Assembly (NCBI GenBank): GCA_951406725.2
Contig: OX597830.1
Location: forward strand, 30,814,001 to 30,878,000
Length of the DNA: 64,000 bases
Source: Octopus vulgaris
Taxonomy: Eukaryota
Direction: 5' to 3'
Under the pieces are notes generated by a model that had not been told where the DNA came from, did no database searches, and saw only the letters and a program-made list of their open reading frames with translations. How positions within the stretch are numbered: position 1 is the stretch's first letter; each line of letters opens with the position of its first letter. Both the position numbers and the translations under genes were made by a program. Positions 12,300 through 25,212 of this stretch are shown one piece after another.

Positions 12300-12870
12300 T
12301 GCTGTTTATAACAGTGCTAAGGGGATCAAGACCAAATTTCCTTCTGTTGTTTCCAACAAGAAGAGGGAGAAAGACGACGAAGAAACATAAAAGACAGCCA
12401 AATCCCAGACTTCTGCATAACACATGTATCTAGATTTCAAGGATGCGTTCATTTTCCCAATCCGTATCGCAAAAATGATATGGCGCCATGATCATACGGC
12501 ATGGTTCCCCTTGCTCAGTAAAAATCCTTGATTTGACGTTTGGAATGCAGTATGGAGTGAATATACAAAAGACAGAACTTAGAATACAGAGAGCTATGGG
12601 AATCATGCAAGGTACCAAGATGGCACTGGTCTTTACTTCCAGTACAAGTAGTAGTTTTCTATACAGCTTCGCAATGGTTTTCCTTGGTAGCAAGAGTTTT
12701 AGAAAGTGTAGCAACACAGTGATTTGTGGTCTGCAAAGTGAAGTGGGAAATGGTTCATGATGGATGACACAGACAGATGACAGAAAGACCATAGCTAGAA
12801 ATAAAGGATAAATCGTCAGTAAATAGTAACACAAAATTGGTGATGTTTACAAATTCGTTACTTAAGTTTC
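12300..12870 (+). pseudogene. Highly degenerate non-LTR reverse transcriptase remnant
   Basis: In order: YLDFKDAF (12427-12450), GIMQGTKMA (12599-12625) and QTDD...IARNK (~12770-12800). These mimic LINE RT motifs LDF.KAFD, G..QG and YADD with plausible spacing; several stops and frameshifts. Confidence 0.45.
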
Positions 12871-13232
12871 ATAGTCAAGCTCCGATTTGGACTCTTATAG
12901 AGTACAAATTAGCGAGTAAGTCATTATTCAGGAGAAAAACCAATGGATAATCACTTTGGGGTGAAACCTTTTAGATAACTATAAACGGCTGATAGCTTTA
13001 AGCAAAGGATATAACAAACAATTATCCTTTTTTGGGAACTCATAAAGTTTGGTACCAATAATCTCTAAAAACAATAAGCATGACTATAAAGAGGGTCCTC
13101 ACCTGGTCATACGTCTACACACACACATATATATACACACACACACATACACACACACACATACACACAATCGTGTGTGGGCATGTACAAACATACACAC
13201 ACACACACATATATATGTATATATATATATAC

Positions 13233-13267
<35 letters not shown>

Positions 13268-13349
13268 TGCGCATACACACGTACACAAACACAAGCACAC
13301 ACACACATGGATTTGTATGTATACATGTGTGTGTGTGTAGACAGGTAGC

Positions 13350-13560
13350 AAAAAACGTAACAACAAGGATATGTTTACTTATTAGTTTCACGCGAGAGAA
13401 ATAGAAAGCTTTCATTAAAATGACGTTTCGGATACATTCCTTCATCAGGAGAGGTTGTAGGTTAAAAGAGGAAGAAATGAATGAAGATACACCGCAAAAA
13501 TTTTTAAAAGCAATGGAAACGAATATACTCACAGGGAGTTGTATATAGAAACGATGTACT
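13350..13560 (-). mobile_element. Penelope-type terminal remnant with hammerhead core
   Basis: Minus strand reads CTGATGA-A-GGA-atgta-TCC-GAAA-CG-TC (13422-13448); stem I is not intact. Confidence 0.5.
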
Positions 13561-14198
13561 TATATCGCAGTATCTGGACTTACTAGCGTAACCTATTGCA
13601 TTGACGGGTCAACATGATTGTCATATTTTCGAATATCAAACAAAAGCAAGCTGAAAAGCTAATCCTAAATACATCACCATCAGCAACAACAACAGCAGCA
13701 ACAACAAAAACATACGAAATACAATAAAAATTAATATTGAAATATAGAAACATATCGAAAGAAAATTTCAGAAAAGACAAATGGAAGTAAGAAAAAACAT
13801 ATTTTATATATATTTTTATATATAATTCTTTTTAGATATATATGATTTATCTTCAGTCGTTGTTTTGTCCTTGACATTGAGTTGCAGAGGCGGTGGTGGA
13901 AGTAGTGGTGGTGATGGTGGTGATGGTGGCGGCGGCGGAGGCGGTGGTGGTGGTGATGGTGGTGGTGGTGGTGGCTATACTCTGGTTCAATAGACGTTTA
14001 GTGATCTTTACTTGGAAATGTCAGTAGCAATTAGTCGACTAGTAAGTAACAGGGCACTAGAGATGTTCCCGTTTAAATAGATAGACAAAATGTCATTGGT
14101 GCTAATTTGGAAATATGTGAACGTGGCAAACTATAGCTGTGTGCATACGTGTCCACGTATATGCGTGCGAATCTATCTCTGCATACATACACACACAC

Positions 14199-14285
<87 letters not shown>

Positions 14286-14315
14286 CACATAGAGACATAA
14301 GTAATTATACCAATG

Positions 14316-14360
<45 letters not shown>

Positions 14361-14920
14361 GAATACATACGTATGTACGTAGATGCGTAATTATATGTGC
14401 GTATATCTATTAATGTATTTATGTATTTGTGTAACGACATCTATAGATAGGTGTTTGTGTGAGTGTGGCGGCTTGTGTGTGTGTATGGACAACGCACCTA
14501 CATACGGATACTTATAAACTCATATGTATATACAAATTAAGATATAATCACTCTTACGAATACCCATTGGTATATGTGTGAAAGTATGTGAATGTACTTA
14601 TATATGTATGCATATATGAATATGTGTATGTGTATGTATGTTTATATATATATGTATGTATATAAGTATATATATATATGCGTATGTATATGTATATATA
14701 TATATATATGATTGATTCTATGTAGGTGTCGTCTAAATGTATAGGACTGAACTATTAATTTGGTGTAAGCATTTAGATAAAGAGGAAAATGGATTCACTT
14801 TTGTTATTTGGGGGAGCGGTGCTGTCGTGGGTGTCATAATAATGTAGTTAAAACAATCGGTCCTTATGTAGTGTCCTGATAATACATACATATACACACA
14901 CATACATATATACATATGTA

Positions 14921-14954
<34 letters not shown>

Positions 14955-15509
14955 AGTGTGTGTGTGTGTGTGTGTATACGTGTGCGTGTGTGTATGTGTG
15001 TGTGTGTGTGTGTGTGCGTACACACACTCATATAGTTTATTTCAAAGGTCGAATGCTACATATGTACATTTGTTTCTCTCCTATGCAAGACTGTCAAGCA
15101 TTGAAGAAATTAATTATTCTTACACACACGCGTTGCACACACACAGACACACACATACACACACATACATCTATCCATACATACATACAAGCATGCATTG
15201 CAATGTCTACGTCTACCTAGAAGAAAGACATTGTGAAAAACATAATGAGATAGGCCGCTTAGGTAAAGGAGAGAAACTGTTGCGTAGATCTTTGTCTTTT
15301 ATGAAAAAATGAGTGGTGGGTTCGCTTTTCTTGTAGTGTTCTTTTTCTTTTTTCTTCTTCTTTTCTTCTTCTTTTAGCTTTTAAATATCGAAGCTTATGC
15401 AATTATTTCCATGTATTTACATTTAAAGATAAAATATTCCCATAAATTATACGTATGAAGGAATACAAAAGTGCGAAATAATTGACATAAAGGAAAGGTG
15501 CAGCAGTTA

Positions 15510-16070
15510 CTGCCTGACTTGACAGCATTCACCCGGGGTGGGTTGAGCTGGCTTCATTCATCCTCAATGCTGCATCTCTCACAAACGCCGACCTGGCCTG
15601 GCGATTTGAGACTAACGACCGCGTGATCTCCAACCACTCCTTATTCCAGCGGCGAACGCCGTAGATATGGGGGGCCTAGGTTGGGTTCCAGATCAGCCTT
15701 GACTGTAATCAGCCAGGTTTTTCGTTGTCCACCACGTCGCTTTCGCCAACCCTGAAGGGGAGGTGGGGCAATTGCTTCGTTAATAAATTTTCCTGGTTGG
15801 CGATGGAGGGCATGACCCAGCCAACGCAGACGTCTCGTTAGGATGACTTGTCGGAGGGAGGTGATTCTGCACTGGTGTCGCACCGAATTGTTGGAGACAA
15901 AGTGATGCCATCGGACACGAAGGATGCGGCGAAGAGAGAGGTGATGGAAGGATTCTAGTCGCTTAATATCTTCGGCCCTCATTGGCCATGACTCGCTGCC
16001 GTAAAGGAGAATCGTTCGCACTAGTGGTTGGTAGATCCGTACTTTGGTGGTGCGTCGGACAGTTAGAAAC
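15510..16070 (-). mobile_element. RTE-clade LINE 3' fragment
   Basis: ORF 15641-16072: TKVRIYQPLVRTILLYGSESW...FHHLSLRRILRVRW...RRLRWLGHALHR...WRKRRGGQRKTW, the characteristic RTE C-terminus. Confidence 0.9.
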
Positions 16071-17263
16071 ATGAATATGTAAGGAATGGCTATTTATGTA
16101 ATATGGCGGATTGTGTTTGTGTCACTGGGATATTAGAACGAAGGAATTTAACAAATGCTTGAAAATGCTAGACAATTGTTGGAAAATATAACGTAGTTTC
16201 ACTTTTAGTTTGAATTTAAATAATTTTCTTACTGTTTTAAATAGCGAAATGTTAAAAGTTAAACATTTTACAAATTAAATATGTATACTGAAAGGTAATG
16301 ACAGAATTTTTTAAATACCGACGGTAAAAAATTATTGAGTCATAGTTATTGACTGAGGAAATTTTATCGAACGACTCCTAAATCACCGCAAAAATATCAT
16401 CAATAATAGTATTAAAAATATCTCACCTAGACAGTTAAAACACTGTTCGCCAAAACATCTTTAGTGCCTTTGTAATATATTACAAAGATGCTTTGAATAA
16501 CAATGGATATACTAAAGAAATTATAGGTACAGTTTTGCCGATTGGTTAAAAAGTTCATCCCTCAATCATATAGATAATATAGGAAGTTGCTTAAATTGCG
16601 AGGGACATCAAGGTAATTTGCAGCTATAATGTAAAGTATAGTGATTATCTTAAATGCGTGTGATTGAAAAAAAGTGTAAATTCTCATTCATTCTATTCAT
16701 TTGTTGGGGTTTACATTAATGATAATTAATCGTCCATCATCTCTGTATATTCCGCCTACACGTGCAAGAACTTAACAGTATGTGGCGGTTCTAATAGTGA
16801 AAGGTATTTTCGTTGTTAAAATTAGCATACTGCTCATAATTTAGGCAACCCCTCATCTCCACTTTTGAAAGTATAGTGACGTAAAATATACCCGAACCTT
16901 TGTTTAGCACATAGTGAAATGATTGAAAAAATATTGAATATTGGGCTAGAGTTTCTTATCTTTTCCTCACCTTATAAGTATTTCTAATTAGAAAATCTGA
17001 TATACATTCCAGTGAATCTGTTAGTACTAATGTAAATGTATTAAAGCGCGTTATAAATTATTATAAAACTGATTGTTCAGTTTGTATGTATATGTATATG
17101 TATATGTATACGTATATATATATATATATGCGACAGTTTCCTTCAGTTTCCATCTACCATATCCACTCACAAAGGCCTTGGTTGGCCTGAGGCTACAGTA
17201 GAAGACTGAACCTGGAACCTTGTGGTTGCGAAGCAAACTTCTTACCACAAACCTATGCCTGCG

Positions 17264-17337
<74 letters not shown>

Positions 17338-17381
17338 TGTCTGTGTGTATGTGTGTAACTTTTCTTTGTTTGTGAATTACG

Positions 17382-17583
17382 GCTACCATTGGTTTCATGT
17401 TAAGAAAAATAGGGAAATATTCTAGTGTCTTAACAATGTTTCAAGCCGATTGCATGGAGCGATCACGAAGCGATATTGTCTTCCAAAACGGAGGCGAATA
17501 CCTTTCTCCATGTGACCGGCTTGAAAAATGCTTAAGACACTAGGATATTTTCCTACTTTTCTTAACATGGAATCAACGGTAGC
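17382..17583. repeat. ~200-bp imperfect palindrome (fold-back element)
   Basis: Left arm CATGTTAAGAAAAATAGGGAAATATTCTAGTGTCTTAACAATGTTTCAAGCCG pairs with right arm CGGCTTGAAAAATGCTTAAGACACTAGGATATTTTCCTACTTTTCTTAACATG; pairing continues inward to a short loop near 17485. Confidence 0.85.
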
Positions 17584-17605
17584 ACTCATTTCATCGTTCA
17601 ACATT

Positions 17606-17669
<64 letters not shown>

Positions 17670-17809
17670 TAATTTAGGTTATCTAAGCGATACCACCACG
17701 CTGGAAATAGCAGTCAAAATTTGACTCTAAAACCACATTAAATGTTCATACAGCATCAGGAGAGAAGACAAAGGGACAAAATAAACTAGCAAAAAAAAAA
17801 TACTCGATG

Positions 17810-17868
17810 ATTCCAGATCCCGGATTTCTGGCTCTACATAAGAAAGGATCTGCCTTCATCAGTGGAAT
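17810..17868 (-). ncRNA. Type I hammerhead ribozyme motif (PLE-type minimal)
   Basis: ATTCCA-CTGATGA-A-GGC-(19 nt)-GCC-A-GAAA-TCC-G-GGA-TC-TGGAAT: 6-bp stem I, stem II, near-palindromic stem III, AUC cleavage triplet. Confidence 0.7.
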
Positions 17869-17988
17869 ATACTCAGAAAGCACATAAATACAAATATATA
17901 TACATACATACAACATACGATATACTTTGAAGGTTTTTATTCCCATGCTGGTCAACTGATAAGATCGGTTTTATATCGATCTTATCCT

Positions 17989-18066
<78 letters not shown>

Positions 18067-18103
18067 CATACACACATATATATATATATACACATACATA
18101 TAC

Positions 18104-18136
<33 letters not shown>

Positions 18137-18379
18137 CTTACTTGGAAATGGATGCGTTTCCCCCGCCCTCTCTCTAATTCCCTTTTTCTTCCCTTCACCC
18201 ATTTTTATCTCTCTCCCTCTTTCTTTCTCTCTCTCTCTCTCTCTCTCTCGTTGCTCACATGTGACTATCGTCCATCTTTCTTTTCCTCACGAGATCACCT
18301 TTCTTTTCCTTCAGGACTGTCCTAAGGACTGGACGTATTCTATCTCTCTTCTATATTTTCTCTTTTCAAAGAAAATATT

Positions 18380-18720
18380 ACCCCCACCCTTCGCTGTTTT
18401 CCCCTTGTTCTGATCTAACGACTCTCCATATTTTTTTTTTCGTTCGGTTTCATTGTATGTCTCCACTGTCCGGTTTTCGTTCACAACTTTGACCCTCCAT
18501 AAATCCAAAATTTTATGTTGCTACTTATTGAAGCAACTGTCTTCGAAGACTCATATTGTCGTTCAGTGCTCGAAACAAGGAATAGATAACACAGCGGACA
18601 ACTGATGAAGGGTCGTTCTTTGTGTTCCTTGTTCTGCTTTTCCATTTATTTCTCTCGTTGTTTGCGTATTGAACTCATTTGTTTTCGTATTTCATGTTGT
18701 TTTACTTTTTGTGACGTCCG
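18380..18720 (+). mobile_element. Probable Penelope-type terminal remnant
   Basis: CTCGAAAC...GACAACTGATGAAGGGTCGTTCTTTGTG followed by a T-rich tail; a related copy lies on the minus strand at ~52420-52535. Confidence 0.4.
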
Positions 18721-18915
18721 TTACCCACATACACATATAAAAAGCAGTACATACAATTTATTATACTCGACACAAACAAGTATTTCAATCTCCTCAAACC
18801 ACAAACGCGTGCTCTCACACGCAAACACATATCTTTCCTGTTCTGTCACTTTATCTCTCTCTTTCCCTGCATTTAAAACAGCGCATACATAGAGATATAT
18901 GTATACGAATATGTT

Positions 18916-18974
<59 letters not shown>

Positions 18975-19152
18975 TATGTATGTATATTCATAATTATATA
19001 CATAAATATGCATGCATAAATATATATACATACACGCAGACACTCATACAAATATATTTGTGGGTGTGCTTGCGTACGTGTGTGTGTATACATATTTATA
19101 CACACACACATATGTGCACTTATATATAAATAATGTATTGAGTGTATGTATG

Positions 19153-19214
<62 letters not shown>

Positions 19215-19553
19215 CACGCATACACTCATACATACATATATGTGTGTATGTGTGTGTGTGTATTACCACAACAACAAACAAACAACAAGAATAGCAAAAA
19301 CAAAACTCCGCACAGATTTATTCACTAATGTAGTAGATTGCTCTCAAAAAACAATCCTTGAAGATCGCGGCCAGACCCTGTTAATATGTTATTGACTAGA
19401 TAAAAGGGCAATTAACTTGCCTAATTACAGAAGCGGAATGGTGATTTCGGAGAACTATAGTCGTGGGAAAACCTACTATAATATAATAGGATTTTCGATG
19501 TCAGAACAGAACCGTCTGCTGTGTTGCGATGTATGGGTGTGCGTCCGTAACCA

Positions 19554-19637
<84 letters not shown>

Positions 19638-19654
19638 TATATATATATATATAT

Positions 19655-19835
19655 TCTTTTACTCTTTTACTTGTTTCAGTCATTTGACTACGGCCATGCT
19701 GGAGTACTGCCTTTTGTCGAGCAAATCGACCCCAGAGTTTATTCTTTGTAAGCCTAGTACTTATTCTATCGGTCCGCTATGTTACTGGGACGTAAACACA
19801 CCAGCATCGGTTGAGGAGACACACAAACATATATA

Positions 19836-19927
<92 letters not shown>

Positions 19928-20092
19928 CGACGGGCTTCTTTCAGTTTCTATCTACCAAAATCCACTGACAAGGATTTGGTCGGCCCAAGGCTATGGTAGA
20001 AGACACCGGCCCAAGGTGCCACGCAGTGGGACTGAACCTGAGACCATGTGGTTGGTAAGCAATCTACTTACCACACAGCCACTCCTACTCCT
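19655..20092 (-). mobile_element. SINE family B, near full length, with internal (CA)/(TA) tract
   Basis: Head GGAGTGGCTGTGTGGTAAG...GTTCAGTCCCACTGCGTGGCACCTTGGGC; tail ...CAGCATGGCCG..GTCAAATGACTGAAACAAGTAAAAGA. Confidence 0.85.
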
Positions 20093-20211
20093 ATATTGAT
20101 GGAAATGGTAAGACAACAAAAGAATGAAAGAGACCTCGATATTATGTAAATAGAAGAATTTATATGTAAATATATCTATCCTCTCTCTCTCTTTCTCTCT
20201 CTCTTTCTTTC

Positions 20212-20254
<43 letters not shown>

Positions 20255-20282
20255 GTATATATATATATGGATGGATGTATGT

Positions 20283-20331
<49 letters not shown>

Positions 20332-20429
20332 TATATGAAAGAATGGAGTTGAACGACTATTTAACAAATATCCTTTATTCTCTCTCTATATATATATGTT
20401 GTACAAGTGTGCATATGTGTGTATACATG

Positions 20430-20469
<40 letters not shown>

Positions 20470-20663
20470 ACATAAATGTGAAACAAGGTGGAAAAAGAGT
20501 ACTCAAATACCAGTATAATATGCTTTATTTTAAGCAGCAGAAAATCAACAAAATCTTTACTCTGAGTTTCTCGTTGCCGTTCATCAGACAGTTTTTGCAG
20601 AAAACTGTCTGATGAACGCAACGAGAACTCATAACAGATTTTGTTGATTTTTCTGCTTAAAAT

Positions 20664-20666
<3 letters not shown>
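20470..20666. mobile_element. Inverted pair of PLE-type hammerhead termini (palindrome 20524-20666) with a one-sided tail
   Basis: Arms of ~70 bp each carry ACTGTCTGATGAACG(G)CAACGAGAA(A)CTC. The left arm extends ~50 bp further (20470-20523). Flanked by (TA)n. Confidence 0.65.
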
Positions 20667-20719
<53 letters not shown>

Positions 20720-20786
20720 ATATTCATATATATATACACGCACACACATACATATATATACATAGAGCTATACAGATATATATATA

Positions 20787-21205
20787 CTTTTACTTGTTTC
20801 AGTCATTTGACTGCGGCCATGCTGGAACACCGCCTTTAGTCGAGCAAATCGACCCCGGGACTTATTCTTTGTAAGCCCAGTACTTATTCTATCGGTCTCT
20901 TTTTGCCGAACCGCTAAGTGACGGGGACGTAAACACAGCAGCATCGGTTGTCAAGCAATGCTAGGGGAACAAACACAGACACACAAACAACACACACACA
21001 CATACATATATATATATACATATATACGACAGGCTTCTTTCAGTTTCCGTCTACCAAATCCACTCACAAGGCATTGGTCGGCCCGGGGCTATAGCAGAAG
21101 ACACTTGCCCAAGATGCCACGCAGTGGACTGAACCCGGAACCAAGTTGTTGGTTAGCAAGCTACTTACCACACAGCCACTCCTGCGCCTATGCCACTCCT
21201 GCGCC
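20787..21205 (-). mobile_element. SINE family B, full length
   Basis: Complete head-to-tail match to family B. Confidence 0.9.
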
Positions 21206-21224
21206 TATATATATATATATATAT

Positions 21225-21294
<70 letters not shown>

Positions 21295-21801
21295 GTATAA
21301 GTATATATATTGATATTCTATATTCATATTTATATACATATATAAATACATTTATGAATAAGTACACACATATATACATACATTTATATATGTGTGTCTA
21401 TGTATGTACGTATGTATGTATGTACGCATATATACATATACATGCATTCATACATATGAATGTGTGTATCCGGCGTACACAATTGAAACGGCATTCAATT
21501 TAAGTAGTTATCTATGTGTCATATTTAATGTATACAGACATTTTTGACAGGCAAGATACTGTGGTTTTCGCCAGAAAAAAAAAAAAGTCACTTATAGACG
21601 TGCTGCATTAAAAACGCAATACATATCGAAGGGAGGAGAGAAAATATTTTCGCCACCGGTTAGTAATAACGTACGTTGCATTTCAGTCCAATTGGGTGTT
21701 GTCAATGACGTGTACTCGCATGCCTACACGAAATTCAACGCCTTCCTTCATTGATATGGCAAAATTTTGTTTAAACATCTGCTGTACGTAATTCAAGCTG
21801 T

Positions 21802-21854
21802 TGGCGAGATAAACACAGACGCACAAACATATACACACACGTACATATACATAC

Positions 21855-21941
<87 letters not shown>

Positions 21942-21947
21942 GAAAGA

Positions 21948-22000
<53 letters not shown>

Positions 22001-22035
22001 CGACGGGCTTCTTCCAGTTCCCGTCTACTAAAATC
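21802..22035 (-). mobile_element. Internal fragment of SINE B flanked by 12-bp direct repeats
   Basis: AATTCAAGCTGT at 21790-21801 and 22036-22047. Confidence 0.65.
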
Positions 22036-22685
22036 AATTCAAGCTGTATTAATTTTTTAAAAAATCTTCTATATAACATGTATGACGTATGTACACTGCT
22101 AACAGCCAAGATACTGCGGTTTTCGTCCGAGATATAAAAGAACCTTTTATTGATGCCTTGTGTTAAAAACCTAATATATATCGGAGATGAATATAGATGT
22201 CTATTTTATATAATGTTGTTTTTCAACTGCGTACAGTTGTGAGCACCTGACATACTAAAAATATCAGCTAAATCTCCCACAAGCAAAGATGCATAACTGT
22301 CTTAATAAGAACACATTTGAATTTAGCTTTGGTTAATAACGGCTGATTTGGAGTCGTATAAGAACAACAACATAGGACGTGGCTGAAATGGGTAACTGTT
22401 CTAGAGCTGTTGATAAGCTGCCAAAACAAGAACATTTTATACACCCCTGAATAACATGTTCCAAGGTTGTTTTAAGTATATATTTTAATTTAACTCTAGC
22501 CAGGCAAACTCTCGAAGAAATCAGTAACTGTAATGCTTACTGATTTCTGTAACCGAACAAGCATTGTTGGCTTAACTCAAAATGTCCGGTTTATTAATCT
22601 CTGAGAGAGGCCAAATTCAAAGCCGAAACACAATGACTGGAAATTCACCGGCGTTTTGAACGAGGCTCTGTATTTTTAACACATA

Positions 22686-23075
22686 GGCGCGGGCGTGTCT
22701 GTGTGGTATGAAGCTTGTGTCCCAACAGCATGGTTTTGAGTTCAGTCACACCGCGTGGTACCTTGGGCAAGTGTCTTCTGTTATAAACCTTGTGAGTGGA
22801 TTTGCTTGATGGAAACAGAAAGAAGCATATCGTGTGTGTGTGTGTGCGCGCGCGCGTCTGTGTATGTGTTTGTACTCCGCAACCGCTTGATAACCGGTGT
22901 TGGCGTGCTTACATCCTCGTAACTTGACGGTTCGGCAAAAGAGTACAATAGAATAAGCATTAGACTTTAAAAAAAAAAAAAGAAGTCCTGGAATCGATTT
23001 GTCTGACTAAAAGCCCTCAAGGAGGTACCCCAGCATGGCCGCAGTCGAATGACTGAAACATGTAAAAGAATAAAA
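22686..23075 (+). mobile_element. SINE family B (diverged)
   Basis: Head and tail similarity to family B. Confidence 0.8.
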
Positions 23076-23248
23076 GATTTTAAAAATCTCTTTGACTGGT
23101 TTCTCTTTAATCAAAAGTATTCCAGTGAGTGCTGTTCCGTTATTGTATACACGTTGCGTTCTAACAAGGCATTCATGTTATGCTGAATATAAAGATTACC
23201 TTTGAGTATTAACACTGCATCCGTCGCTAATAATTAACGCATAGACAT

Positions 23249-23800
23249 AGGCTGTGTGGTAAGTAGTTTGCTTACGAACCACATCATTCCGGGTTCAGTC
23301 CCACTACGTGCCACCTTGGGCAAGTGTCTTCCACTATAGCATCGGGCCGATCAAAGCCTTGTGAGTGGATTTGGTTGACGGAAACTGAAAGAAGACCGTC
23401 GTATATATGTATACATATATATGTATATATATATATATATGTATATGTATGTGGGTGTATATGTATATATATATATATGTATATGTATGTGGGTGTATAT
23501 GTCTGTGTGTCTGTGTTTGTCCCCTTCCCCCGCCAACATCGCTTATATATGTATATGTTTGTGTATATGTATATGTGGGTGTATATGTTAGTGTATCTGT
23601 GTTTGTCACCCACCCCCCCATCATCGCTTGACAACCGATGCTGGTGTGTTTACGTCCCCGTAACTTAGATGTTCGGCAAGAGACCGATAGAATAAGTACT
23701 AGGCTTACAAAGAATAAGTCTTGGGGTCGATTTGCTCGACTAAAGGCGGTGCTTCGGCATGGCCACAGTCAAATGACAGAAACAAGTAAAATAGTAAAAG
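23249..23800 (+). mobile_element. SINE family B with internal duplication of its microsatellite/mid segment
   Basis: The segment tgtgtttgtc..cccc..catcgctt occurs twice (~23510-23545 and ~23598-23630). Confidence 0.85.
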
Positions 23801-24308
23801 AGTATATATGTTGTTTCCATCTAAGGTTCTTTGAAGTGAGTATTTTAACTTAAACTAGTGAGTATTAAAAAAAGCTAATAAAGAGTATTGATTATTCGAT
23901 ACCAAGAAGATAATGAGAAATATTTTACTTATTCCAGTCATTTGAGTGCGGTCATGCTGGGGCACCGCTTTCAAGAATTTTAGTCGAACGAACTGACTCC
24001 TGTATTTATTTATTTTATTAACCAGGTACATCTTCTATCGTTCTATTTTGCCGAACCGCTAAGTTACGGGGACGTAAACACACCAACACTAGTTGCCAAG
24101 CGGTGTCGTGGGGCAAACACAGACATAAATACACACACATGTGTATATTATTATATATAGATGTATATATATATATGCACACATACTTCCATATATGTGC
24201 GTGTGTATGTATGTGAGTGTATATATACGTATACATGTATGTATGTATGTATATATATATAGAGAGAGAGAGAGACAGAGAGAGAGATTGATAGTTAGAT
24301 AGAGAGAT

Positions 24309-24500
<192 letters not shown>

Positions 24501-24507
24501 CCATATA

Positions 24508-24580
<73 letters not shown>

Positions 24581-24620
24581 TTATTATTTCTAAATCTCTC
24601 AAAGAGAGATATGCAGTAAC

Positions 24621-24842
24621 AGTTCTTTAACGTAAAGGCTATTTGCCAACATAATGTGGCTGGCCTGGAAGCTGGCAATACGACACAATATGTGTTCTCA
24701 TATGTTCGAAAATATAAGGACAAAGATATTGTGTCGCATAGCCAACTGGATACGATGTTTCCTGGGGCTAAACAACAGTAAGATTCGTCCCTTCTAGGAC
24801 AGCCACATTATGTTGGCAAATAGGTATTTACTTTAAAGAACT
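24621..24842. repeat. Imperfect palindromic (fold-back) element centred on TTCGAA (24705-24710)
   Basis: AGTTCTTTAA..TATTTGCCAACATAATGTGGCTG and CGACACAATAT on the left pair with their complements on the right; the right arm has ~40 extra nt. A related single arm is at ~47110-47210. Confidence 0.8.
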
Positions 24843-24971
24843 TTACTTTAAAGAACTATATATATATATATAAAACGGGAAGGTTTACGAAAATAAACAA
24901 AAGACGAAGGCAGGTGGAGTACAAACAAACAAATGTATTAGTATGGCGCTCAGGAATAGAAATAGAACAAG

Positions 24972-25009
24972 TCTTTTACGTTTCGAGCCTATGCTCTTCG
25001 ACAGAAAGA
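24972..25009 (-). ncRNA. Minimal type I hammerhead-like motif in a Penelope-type terminus (~24870-25085)
   Basis: TCTTT-CTGTCGA-A-GAGC-atag-GCTC-GAAA-CG-TA-AAAGA: all three stems formable; the core has U at position A6. Confidence 0.6.
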
Positions 25010-25090
25010 TACACCGAAAAAAAAACAAGGAGAGAAAAAAATGCGTGTAGGAGCTAACGATCTAACATGGCGTTCTGACTTCGATATATA

Positions 25091-25096
<6 letters not shown>

Positions 25097-25126
<30 letters not shown>

Positions 25127-25212
25127 TGTATGTATGTATGTATGTATGTATGTATGTATGTATGTATGTATGTATGTATGTATGTATGTATGTATGTATG
25201 TATGTATGTATG
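25097..25212. repeat. (TATG)n microsatellite
   Basis: Direct reading. Confidence 0.95.

Noticed and set aside
22516-22548. Perfect 12-bp hairpin AGAAATCAGTAA/TTACTGATTTCT
   Set aside because: Short, AT-rich and isolated; too small for a pre-miRNA and no other support.
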